Origin: Candidatus Obscuribacterales bacterium
GTDB lineage: Bacteria; Cyanobacteriota; Vampirovibrionia; Obscuribacterales; Obscuribacteraceae
Assembly (NCBI GenBank): GCA_965228855.1
Contig: CBDDIJ010000002.1
Coordinates: 1,600,001-1,664,000 of the forward strand
Direction: 5' to 3'
DNA length: 64,000 nt
Shown: positions 28,298-36,916 of the stretch, one piece after another
How the letters are laid out: the number at the start of each line of letters is the position of its first letter
How positions within the stretch are numbered: position 1 is the first letter of the stretch
Position numbers and translations under genes: made by a program
The notes under the pieces: generated by a model
What the model saw: the letters and a program-made list of their open reading frames with translations, nothing else
What the model was told of the DNA's origin: nothing
Databases searched by the model: none

Positions 28298-28375
28298 CTA
28301 ACACCACAAAACAGACGACCGCGCTGGGCGATTATCTGCGTCGTTATTATTATTGTTAGCGATGTTGAACAACAC
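28298..28375 (-). CDS. Asn/Asp-rich leader peptide, 25 aa: MLFNIANNNNNDADNRPARSSVLWC
   Basis: GTG 28375 to TAG 28298; 7 Asn and 2 Asp codons within codons 4-15; its 3' half contains the antiterminator strand. Confidence 0.8.
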   Translation of the reverse strand: MLFNIANNNNNDADNRPARSSVLWC

Positions 28376-28422
28376 GATGTTGAAACCTAATTTTCCGCGA
28401 GCCGATTGCTTGCGATTTATTG

Positions 28423-28452
28423 ATCCTACGGCCGACTTTTCGGTCGCGTCAA
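28423..28452 (-). promoter_or_regulatory. Candidate sigma70 promoter of the aspS leader
   Basis: TTGACG-N18-TAGGAT on the minus strand; predicted TSS about 40 nt before the leader start. Confidence 0.55.
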
Positions 28453-28549
28453 TGATCTGTTAACTAACCCGCCAAAGTTTTTTTAGTCTGCGCAATTCAT
28501 CTTAGACATTGAAGTAGTATAAATACAACCAAAGACGGAGCGCGCCGAG

Positions 28550-29179
28550 ATGACGCATTCAGAACCTGCTAGTCCTTGCGAGACTTTTCTCCGCAAAGTT
28601 CGAGATGTTCCGATTCCGGACGCAATCAATGCGGGGCTCGAGACCCTCGTGCAAGCCGTCGATGCTGAGCAGGGTTCGATATGTTTGATCGTTCATGATG
28701 TAATTAAGGTAGCCTACCGATTTGAGCGAGGTTCGCGTTCGACCGAGATTGATGCGGTCACCCTATCAGCGCAGAAAGCCATGCAACTGGTACTTGGGGT
28801 GATGGGAGCGCGATATGACATACCGATTTCGTTCGATAACTCGGACTCCGCGAAATTGCATTGGGCGCCGTTCTTTGAACTTTGTGGTGCGGACTATCGT
28901 TCTAACCTGATTGCACATCTTGGTTTTGGCGGAGCGTTCCTCGGAATTCTGACCGCTCAATCAAATCGTGGAGACTCGTTCTCCAGCGATCAATTAAGGC
29001 AATTCATGATGATGGCAAATGCAATTTCTTTCGCGATCCATCACGAAAGGCTTGTAGAGAAGCTCCAGGACGAAATTGCCTTTTTCGAAAGGGCGCATCC
29101 GAACTCCAGCCGGGCGGACCAAACCTGGGAAGGCTGGATCGCTGAGTCCAGGTCCATAGACGCGAACAGTGATTCGTAA
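28550..29179 (+). CDS. Stand-alone GAF-domain protein
   Basis: LETLVQAVDAEQGSICL...YRSNLIAHL...LGILTAQ...FSSDQLRQFMMMANAISFAIHHERL is a GAF-type pattern. Confidence 0.75.
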   Translation: MTHSEPASPCETFLRKVRDVPIPDAINAGLETLVQAVDAEQGSICLIVHDVIKVAYRFERGSRSTEIDAVTLSAQKAMQLVLGVMGARYDIPISFDNSDSAKLHWAPFFELCGADYRSNLIAHLGFGGAFLGILTAQSNRGDSFSSDQLRQFMMMANAISFAIHHERLVEKLQDEIAFFERAHPNSSRADQTWEGWIAESRSIDANSDS

Positions 29180-29253
29180 TCTTGTCCGAAGTGAGCGCAA
29201 CAGAGAAGAAAATCGATGGGCTTCCCAGCTGCGTCTAAAGAAGACGACTAAGT

Positions 29254-30720
29254 CTAATTCGCTTCTGATTCGCCGGAAGGTTCGGCCGACTCTGGCGCGG
29301 GGACAGGCTCCTTGCAGGACTCATCGGCGAGCTTTGCGCCTACGCTGTCGATGTTCATGATGTCGCCGAGCATCCACGACCAAATGTCCTTCTCGCCATC
29401 TTCGGGCCTGAGTTCGTCTGAGATTTTACGTCCGGCGGTGACCAGAGGGCGAGCTCCATCAATATATGTAAGGTGGTCGACGTCCTTGAAGGCTCGGGCC
29501 AACTTAACATCAGTGCGGTCACGAAGTTTTTTGACAGAGTCGAACGAAATTAGTGGTACCGCATTCAGTGTCTCAGCAGAGAGGAATAGTGAGCTGGAAA
29601 GCGGCGTGATTCCATCGTTGAGTGCAAACAAGAACGGCGGATTGACTTTGTCTTTCCAGGTCTTATTGACTTGCACGCTCGCGATGTCACGGTTCAACAG
29701 CTTCAGAACCGGGTGTTCTCTAGCGATGTGCGCCGGCAGTTTAATGGTCCAGAATGTGAAAGGATACATTGCCGTGTTCTCAACCCAGCGCTCTGCTTTG
29801 GGTTCGAGATACGGATTTGAGATGTAGCCACCGTAAGTGATGAATTTCCGTTTTACGCTCGCGCCGTTTTCGTTCAACTGCTGCAGACGGGTGTTTGTCG
29901 TCTTTTCCACGCTGAGTTCACCCTTTGGACCAAACCAGAGTTTGGATTTGAACTTTCCACCCTCCGGAATCGTTTTGTCGATGTCGTCCCAGCCGAGGTC
30001 TGCCAGCAGGTTTTTGTTTCTATCGAAGTACAACTTCATAGCCAGGCTATGGTCGATTCGCGTCCATGGCATGGAAAGGCGCTTGTAGAGCGAATATTGC
30101 ATCCAGTCTTCGTTAAACAGCGGTGAGCCGTGGAAGGGTGAACCCATGGCCATGACTGCTTTGATCTTGCTCTCAGTATTCGGGTCGAGCATCGCCTCAT
30201 AGACGAGGTTGCCACCCATGCTGAGCGCCATAATCGTGATCGGACGTTCGTTACAGGCTGCGTACAATTTATCTATTGCTTTTGAAAACTTAGGTGTGGT
30301 GTTCTCCAGCCTTGTGAGGGTGGGATACCGGCAGAAGAAGATTTTGTAGCTCTTCTCAAAGTTAGGGTCTCTCTTAAAGTGTTCCGAAACCTTTTGCCAT
30401 CTGAAGTAAGGGTAAAACTCTCCACGCAAGCCATGAACCATCAAAAGCGGTTTGCGGTCGCCAAGTGGCGTGTTGTCGTACTGGTAAAGCGAAACCTCGT
30501 CGAATGGCTTCTTTAGCTCTTTCTTCTGGGTCGGAGGTGTCACGAAAGCGTCTGATACTAAAGAAAGATCGCTGCCGGAAATATCTTGGGCTGTTGCCAA
30601 GCGCGAAGGTTCGCTATTTGCGGGCATAAAGTAGAAGCCCGATAGCGTGGCGGCTGTGACAGCGCTCAAGGCGATTCGCGCAGACCGTTTTCCAACAGAG
30701 TGATACATTATCGTGGTCAC
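29254..30720 (-). CDS. Secreted alpha/beta-hydrolase (lipase/PGAP1-like)
   Basis: Signal-like N-terminus, LLMVHGL, elbow ALSMGG, MGSPFHGSPL, NDGITPLSS, VDHL; start uncertain. Confidence 0.8.
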   Translation of the reverse strand: MTTIMYHSVGKRSARIALSAVTAATLSGFYFMPANSEPSRLATAQDISGSDLSLVSDAFVTPPTQKKELKKPFDEVSLYQYDNTPLGDRKPLLMVHGLRGEFYPYFRWQKVSEHFKRDPNFEKSYKIFFCRYPTLTRLENTTPKFSKAIDKLYAACNERPITIMALSMGGNLVYEAMLDPNTESKIKAVMAMGSPFHGSPLFNEDWMQYSLYKRLSMPWTRIDHSLAMKLYFDRNKNLLADLGWDDIDKTIPEGGKFKSKLWFGPKGELSVEKTTNTRLQQLNENGASVKRKFITYGGYISNPYLEPKAERWVENTAMYPFTFWTIKLPAHIAREHPVLKLLNRDIASVQVNKTWKDKVNPPFLFALNDGITPLSSSLFLSAETLNAVPLISFDSVKKLRDRTDVKLARAFKDVDHLTYIDGARPLVTAGRKISDELRPEDGEKDIWSWMLGDIMNIDSVGAKLADESCKEPVPAPESAEPSGESEAN

Positions 30721-30851
30721 CGGGTGAGGGGTTATAAGCTAGGGTTTAAACGTTTAGCGTTTTGTTAGCCAGCGTTTAGCCTACACCTAACCAAGATTAT
30801 CAGATTATCCTCTATGCTTAACTTAGACAATTCAGGAGTCCAGAAAGATTA

Positions 30852-32054
30852 ATGCGTAACCCAAGAATATGCGTCTTTTTCTCTGATACTGGCGGTGGTC
30901 ATAGAAGCGCTGCTGAAGCGGTTGAACAGGCACTTCTGGATTTGCTGAATCAGGTAGAACCGGACAGTCCGTCGGCCGAAATACTTGTGGACAATGGAGT
31001 TGAGAAGAGCCATCCGGTAAACCGTTACTTCGTTCAGCTTTACAATTATCTGCTTCGTCACAACCAATCAATGATGAAGTACTACTACTGGTTTATCGAG
31101 CAGACCAAGCCGAATAACTCCGAGTATGGCTATCAGGTCTCGAAACCGTATCTGCTCAAGTTGATCGAAGAGAGCGATGTGGACATGATTGTGTCCGTTC
31201 ATCCGATGAGCAATCACTATCTCGCTCGCGCAATCAAGGATTCAGGCCGGGACGTCAAGTTGATCACGGTAGTGACTGACCCGAACGGAGATTTCTGGAG
31301 CGGTTGGGCTTGTCCTGATGCTGACTTGACGATAGTTCCGAATGATCTCGGTCGCGATCGCCTGTTGTCGTGGGGAATCAAGCCCGAAAAAATTATGATG
31401 GCCGGTATGCCGGTTCACCCGGACTTCATCAAGCCGCCCACGACCAGCAGAGCTGAGTTCCTTGCTCATCTGGGTTTGTCTCCTGATAAACCGACTGTGT
31501 GCATCAACGCCGGTTGGGCTGGTGGTGGCAACACTCTCGCGATCTATAAGGCGTTGGCACAAAACAATCGCCATGCCCAGGTCGTCTTCCTTTGCGGTCA
31601 CAACACCGAGCTCTATGAGCGCGTCAAGCGCGAAGCGAAGGACTCAGGCATTCCAACTGCCATTTTGCCGTTCCACGATCGAATGTCGGATTTGATGAGT
31701 GCCGTTGACCTGATGGTCACGAAAGCCGGCGGTTTAACTTCGTTTGAAGCAATTGCTCGTCGTTTGCCGATGGCAATCGACATGATTACTCTTCCGATGC
31801 CGCAAGAACTGGGAACAGCAAGAATGCTCTGTGAGCAGGGCGTTGCCTCAGCAATTGAGAAGCCCGAAGACATCATTGATGTTGTAAACCGAATCAAAGT
31901 TCGCACCCCGGAAAATGAGATGGTTTTGCCTTCTGCACACGGTCTTAACAAGGTCGGAGCTGTTTACGACATAGCCTCGACAGTGTTGAATATGGCTGGT
32001 GTTAAACTGAAACCCGCATCAAAAGAAGCGTTCACGGGTCGCGTTCAAGCTTGA
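30852..32054 (+). CDS. MGDG-synthase/UgtP-like diacylglycerol glycosyltransferase (GT28)
   Basis: SDTGGGHRSAAEAV, IVSVHPM, TVVTD, GMPVHPDF, DLMVTKAGGLT, PQELG. Confidence 0.9.
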   Translation: MRNPRICVFFSDTGGGHRSAAEAVEQALLDLLNQVEPDSPSAEILVDNGVEKSHPVNRYFVQLYNYLLRHNQSMMKYYYWFIEQTKPNNSEYGYQVSKPYLLKLIEESDVDMIVSVHPMSNHYLARAIKDSGRDVKLITVVTDPNGDFWSGWACPDADLTIVPNDLGRDRLLSWGIKPEKIMMAGMPVHPDFIKPPTTSRAEFLAHLGLSPDKPTVCINAGWAGGGNTLAIYKALAQNNRHAQVVFLCGHNTELYERVKREAKDSGIPTAILPFHDRMSDLMSAVDLMVTKAGGLTSFEAIARRLPMAIDMITLPMPQELGTARMLCEQGVASAIEKPEDIIDVVNRIKVRTPENEMVLPSAHGLNKVGAVYDIASTVLNMAGVKLKPASKEAFTGRVQA

Positions 32055-32791
32055 GATTGTCCGTCAAAATAGTTGGTGAGGCCACCGGAAAGGTCGATGT
32101 TGTTCTAATTCATGGAACGGGATCGTCGTATGAAATGTGGAACCATCAGGCAGATATGCTTGCCCAGCACGGTTTCCGTTGCTTCCTGCTCAACTTGCGC
32201 GGGCACGGCGATACTCATGAACCTGGCGAGCCTACCGATTTAGCAGTTCATGTCAATGATGTCCTTGAAACGCTGGAGCACGCGGGAATCCAATTTCCGG
32301 CAGTTTTTCTAGGACATTCGCTGGGCTCGATTATCAGTTTGAATATCGCTCAGACTCGTCCCGAGTTGACTCACACCTTGCTCCTCGCGGCTCTCCCAGG
32401 AAAGGTGTACGCGCCAGTGGCGGCGGTGTTTAAACTGTTTCTCAACGGACCCTTCGAGGCAATCAGGCGGCGAAAGTTCCACGAAAAAATGGCGTGGCGT
32501 GAGCGCACGTTGTTTAACACGCCGATACACAGCCTCTCTCAAATCGTGGAGAATTTCCACAGTTTGGATCTGCTTGCTGAGGCGGTTTCTCTGGAATGCC
32601 CGGTTCATCTGTCCGCCGGAAGGTTCGATCCGGTTGCTCCGATAGACCAGATAGTAAAAATGCATAAGACTATGCCAGGCTCGAGCCTGAAAATCTTTGA
32701 TCTTGCCGGTCACAATTTCATGGACTATAACACGCATTCGTTCAATGACTGGATTCTAGAGAAGCTTGGCGAGGAGCCAAGTTCCAAGTAA
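32051..32791 (+). CDS. Alpha/beta hydrolase
   Basis: LIHG, LRGHG, GHSLG, GRFD, AGH; 4-bp overlap with the glycosyltransferase. Confidence 0.9.
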   Translation: MRLSVKIVGEATGKVDVVLIHGTGSSYEMWNHQADMLAQHGFRCFLLNLRGHGDTHEPGEPTDLAVHVNDVLETLEHAGIQFPAVFLGHSLGSIISLNIAQTRPELTHTLLLAALPGKVYAPVAAVFKLFLNGPFEAIRRRKFHEKMAWRERTLFNTPIHSLSQIVENFHSLDLLAEAVSLECPVHLSAGRFDPVAPIDQIVKMHKTMPGSSLKIFDLAGHNFMDYNTHSFNDWILEKLGEEPSSK

Positions 32792-32797
32792 ATCGGG

Positions 32798-34930
32798 TTA
32801 TAAATTGAGAAGTCGTTTTGACCAGTTCCAGAAACCGGTCGGGTTATCCATTATCTGTTCGATTTTAAAATTCGGTGGGGGTGTTGATGTCGGAGAGGTT
32901 GATGACGGGCGACTCTTCAGGAGTTGTTCCATCTCGTCGTCCATCTCCGGGTTCATTCCGCGCGGAGGAGGAATAGGGTTTGGTGATACCGGAGGCGGTG
33001 CCGGCGGATCCTTTACGACCTTGCCGAGGAGTGACGTATTGAAGAAAAGTTCTTTAGGAATCAGCACGTCCGGGCGGCGCATTTTTATAACTTCCTGCGA
33101 GTCTACCGGTGCTGTAATCATTCTTCTAATGCGTTGTCCACTGGCGAGAAACAACACTGCTTCGCCTGTGTCTTCTGAGAACATGAACGCCTCTCCATGT
33201 TTCAGCGACGACGTGCCGTTCTCTGCTAGATACCGCAGGCGCCTGGTCCATTCGTCCTCGACCATCGCCGGATTGCGCCTGGTGAGCGGCGGAAGTTTAG
33301 CCGTCGGCTGCTGCTGTTGTTGCTGCGGCGAAGTTGGTCTTGACGCGATCAAGCGTGAATCGGCTTTGTGAGCGTTGAGATAAAAAGGCGTACCGTCGTC
33401 ATCATTCGTGTGAATCAGAGTCGCTCGACTTGATGAGGAGGTAGCTGGAGATTTTCCGGTATGATCGTTTAAGTTGGCGCGGTCGATTCCAGCAACCCGT
33501 TCGGCCTTCGAACGTTTCGTCGGGGATTGTTCAGGCTCAATCACGGCGGGGCTCTCAATCAGGCTGTGAGCGGATCTCGAAGTGGGAGACGATTGATTCG
33601 ATTGAACAGAATGCGCATGAGCGACTGCCGTACTTCTGTCTTCTCGTGAATTGGAGGAACTGTGGGCGCGTGTCGATGCGGGTGATGACGTTGTTGAATC
33701 TACTCCCCAGCCGAAAGGTCTGTCGACGGTGTCCGAATCATCTATTACTCGTTTTCTTTCGTTTCTGGAATTGAGCACATCTAGCGTGTCAGCTGGGTTT
33801 CCATTGTATGCCAGCAAATTCTTTCTTGATCGCGGAAGTACATTCTCTTCGATTTTTTCGTCATCGGCTTGCGCACGAAATTCTTTCTTCAAATTCGAGG
33901 CGGGCTTGGGCTCAAGATCATCCGTATCTTCCTCATCGGCGTACACTACCCGGTTGTCTTCTGCTGCATCTGCTTTAAAAGTATCGGGCCACGAAAATAG
34001 TTTTGCAATCCAATTTTGACGTTGCTCTGAGTTTTTGTTTTTTGTTTTGTATTTGCGGGCGATTAACTCGCGGATCTTGCGCCTGTTAGCCGGTCGTCTT
34101 TTGCGCTTGCTTACTGCTGTCTTTGTCGTCTCTTTGCGGGTTTGCTCGCTGGTTTCGGTGGGTTCCTCATCGCTAGCTTCGGCTAGCTCGATTTCCTTTG
34201 CTTTCTCACGCACTGCCGGCAGTGGCAGTGCGGCGTGCAGCGACTGGAGAATCATCGGCGGAACTCCGTCCATCAGGTTGATGTCATTCGTCTCATCATC
34301 AGGCTTGATAGCGGTTTGTGATTTCTGCAGGTTGAGAGACTCACCCAGTTGCTCTACGGCGTCTGAAACTTTTCCTTGTTCCAGCTTTAACGTAGCCAGA
34401 AGCAATCGCGCTCGCGAATATTTTGGTCGTATTGCCAGTGCCTGTTCCAATCTGGAAACAGCCAGCTTGTGGAAGCCCTTTTCTCTGAAGATGAGGGCTT
34501 GTTCGTAATACGCATCGATGAGTTTTGGATCTTCACGAGTCGCTTTGAGGAATTCGATCAATGCTCTGCTGCTGTCGCCACTCTGGCGATACTGCATGCC
34601 TTTGTCGAAGTTGGCACGAGCCATGCGGGCGCGGCTCTTCGCAATCAACGCGGCAGATTCCGACGGAGGGTTGGGAATGGGATCGCCGTTGGGAAATGTA
34701 GTTTGTTGAACTAGATTGGGGCTGTTTTCACCTTTCGGCGAATAGATTGATGATGGCTCGTCGTTTGACTCTCCACCCACCTGGTCCTCACCTGTGGTAC
34801 CAGATCGGCTTGTATCATCATTCGTGTATGCCAATGGGAGAGCGCTGGCAGGGCTGTTTGCAATATCCGAGAGCAGTGACTGACACCTGGCTTCACCTGC
34901 ATTCAGAGAAGCCAGAAAGAGCAATGTCAA
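32798..34930 (-). CDS. TPR-containing protein with long disordered region
   Basis: About 3 TPRs (ALIEFLKATREDPKLIDAYYEQA...), S/T/P-rich linker, compact C-terminal segment. Confidence 0.8.
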   Translation of the reverse strand: MTLLFLASLNAGEARCQSLLSDIANSPASALPLAYTNDDTSRSGTTGEDQVGGESNDEPSSIYSPKGENSPNLVQQTTFPNGDPIPNPPSESAALIAKSRARMARANFDKGMQYRQSGDSSRALIEFLKATREDPKLIDAYYEQALIFREKGFHKLAVSRLEQALAIRPKYSRARLLLATLKLEQGKVSDAVEQLGESLNLQKSQTAIKPDDETNDINLMDGVPPMILQSLHAALPLPAVREKAKEIELAEASDEEPTETSEQTRKETTKTAVSKRKRRPANRRKIRELIARKYKTKNKNSEQRQNWIAKLFSWPDTFKADAAEDNRVVYADEEDTDDLEPKPASNLKKEFRAQADDEKIEENVLPRSRKNLLAYNGNPADTLDVLNSRNERKRVIDDSDTVDRPFGWGVDSTTSSPASTRAHSSSNSREDRSTAVAHAHSVQSNQSSPTSRSAHSLIESPAVIEPEQSPTKRSKAERVAGIDRANLNDHTGKSPATSSSSRATLIHTNDDDGTPFYLNAHKADSRLIASRPTSPQQQQQQPTAKLPPLTRRNPAMVEDEWTRRLRYLAENGTSSLKHGEAFMFSEDTGEAVLFLASGQRIRRMITAPVDSQEVIKMRRPDVLIPKELFFNTSLLGKVVKDPPAPPPVSPNPIPPPRGMNPEMDDEMEQLLKSRPSSTSPTSTPPPNFKIEQIMDNPTGFWNWSKRLLNL

Positions 34931-35046
34931 AAGTTTTGTTCTGGTCAGACCCGGCCCCCGATCTAGCAGCGTCGACGACAGTCTCCGCGACGTTTATCAA
35001 CGTATCGTAAATGATCGTCAATTGCAAGCAGGCACCTTCTGCGGTG

Positions 35047-35529
35047 TCATCGCTTGATGAAAACGTGTTCCAGATTTCGGAAGAATGTCTTGATGGAGGG
35101 CTCGACGATGCACGCCAGTGGACGAACCAGCACCGTTCGCATGTCCGACAGGGCGCCACCCCATATATCTGTCAGGGGTCTGTCTCCCACCACCGCCACC
35201 TCCGCTGGTGGCAATTGCAAAGCGTCAAGAGCCTTTCTAAATCCGGCTTTCCATGGTTTTGCTGCGTAGCCGATCACAGGCATGCTCAACACGAGACTGG
35301 CGTTTTCGATATAGGCTTCACGCTTGTTATTGGTCAAGACGACCATTTGAAAACGCTCACGGGCTCTGACTAACCAGGCCTCTGTCACCGGATCTATGTT
35401 TCCGGATTTCGGTGCCATCAAAGTACTGTCCAGGTCGATAATCAGACCGCGTATACCGTCGTTGTATAACTGTTCGATATCGAGCAGGCTTATGTCACCA
35501 TTGACCGAGTAAGTTGGTTTTAAAAACAT
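35047..35529 (-). CDS. YqeG family HAD IIIA phosphatase
   Basis: GIRGLIIDLDSTL, LTNN, AAKP, VVGDRPLTDIWGG. Confidence 0.92.
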   Translation of the reverse strand: MFLKPTYSVNGDISLLDIEQLYNDGIRGLIIDLDSTLMAPKSGNIDPVTEAWLVRARERFQMVVLTNNKREAYIENASLVLSMPVIGYAAKPWKAGFRKALDALQLPPAEVAVVGDRPLTDIWGGALSDMRTVLVRPLACIVEPSIKTFFRNLEHVFIKR

Positions 35530-35735
35530 TTGATCTGTTTCAGTCGCCTTTTAGTTTTCTCTTGCATACCCACAAAGTCCATTTAAAACGAGCTCCGCGA
35601 ATTCGCCAATGTTACGCGAAGATTTGTTGACACACACGAGGCGATCTTTGACGGCATCGACAGGTTACAATGGCAAATCCTGTTGCTTCAGGAAGATGAA
35701 GCGTACGGTTCCCCGCTGCGTGGCGATTTCAAGTA

Positions 35736-36491
35736 GTGAATCTAAAAGGCAAATCCAAACCGGGTCCAGAAACCAACGCCGTTGAGCCGGCAAAACTGCC
35801 GGTGTCGCATGTTGCTGTGATCATGGACGGCAATCGACGCTGGGCTAGCAAACATCACCTCCCGACTGTGGTGGGGCACAAGGAGGGCGTCAAGAGTCTC
35901 AAGCGCCTTGTAAAGCATGTCGGGGCTCTGAAGCTCAACTATCTCACCGTGTACGCCTTCTCCAGTGAAAACTGGCAGCGTAGCGAAGAAGAGGTCGGCT
36001 ATCTGATGCAGCTATTCACCGATGTTCTGGTTGATGAAGTCCAGGAGCTGGCGGAAAACAAAGTGCGTTTGCGCTTCATTGGTCAGAAGTCAACAATGCC
36101 GGACAAGCTGCGTGACAGGATGGAGGAGGCTTGCAGGGAGACTGAAAACAATTCGGGATTGAATTTGCAAGTGGCCATCAACTACGGTGCGCGTCAGGAA
36201 ATTACCGAAGCGGCCCGCGAAATTGCAATTTTGGTTCGGGACGGAAAGATCGATGTCGCTCAAATTGACGAAGCGCTTCTCTCTCAGCATCTCTATACCG
36301 CTGAGATACCTGATCCTGAGCTGCTGATTCGTACCGGTGGCGAAATGAGAATGTCGAACTATTTGCTGTGGCAATCGGCATACACTGAGTTCTACGTAAC
36401 GCCGGCGCTCTGGCCCGAATTTCAGCCCAGGCACTTCGATGAGGCGATGCGCGAATTCGCTCGCCGAGAGAGGCGATGGGGCGGCGACTGA
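35736..36491 (+). CDS. uppS: Undecaprenyl diphosphate synthase (cis-prenyltransferase)
   Basis: HVAVIMDGNRRWA, YAFSSENWQR, AINYGARQEI, IRTGGEMRMSNYLLWQ. Confidence 0.96.
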   Translation: MNLKGKSKPGPETNAVEPAKLPVSHVAVIMDGNRRWASKHHLPTVVGHKEGVKSLKRLVKHVGALKLNYLTVYAFSSENWQRSEEEVGYLMQLFTDVLVDEVQELAENKVRLRFIGQKSTMPDKLRDRMEEACRETENNSGLNLQVAINYGARQEITEAAREIAILVRDGKIDVAQIDEALLSQHLYTAEIPDPELLIRTGGEMRMSNYLLWQSAYTEFYVTPALWPEFQPRHFDEAMREFARRERRWGGD

Positions 36492-36529
36492 GTCGCGGTT
36501 CTTTAGCCCGGTTCGAGAACCTTCGCTGA

Positions 36530-36916
36530 TCAATCGTCTAGTGCCGGCATCCACCGTTCTATAACTATTTTCAGTCTGCCTATTTCCACTGGTTTAAACA
36601 GGAAGTCGTTCATTCCAGCGGCGAAACACTTCTCTTTATCAGGGTTCGCTGTGATTGCTATGACAGGCGTATATGTCGATAAACCAAGGCTTGTCTCATT
36701 TTTGCGAATAAGCTCTGTTGCTTCCAGACCATCCATTACAGGCATTTGTACGTCCATCAGGATGACGTCGTATTTCTTTTCCATGGCTTTTCTGACGGCT
36801 TCGGTCCCATCGTTTGCAAAATCACAATCGTAGCCGAGCGATACCAACTGGCGCTTGGCCAGGTAGCGTAAGGCGGCGTCGTCCTCTGCGACGAGAATAA
36901 GCCTACTGGTCGACAT
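36530..36916 (-). CDS. Single-domain response regulator (CheY-like)
   Basis: ILVAEDD, ILMDVQMPVMDG, AITA, GMNDFLFKP. Confidence 0.95.
   Translation of the reverse strand: MSTSRLILVAEDDAALRYLAKRQLVSLGYDCDFANDGTEAVRKAMEKKYDVILMDVQMPVMDGLEATELIRKNETSLGLSTYTPVIAITANPDKEKCFAAGMNDFLFKPVEIGRLKIVIERWMPALDD

Noticed and set aside
28238..28420. T-box riboswitch upstream of aspS
   Set aside because: No AAGGTGGxACC T-box or stem I specifier loop found; the leader-peptide model explains the helices
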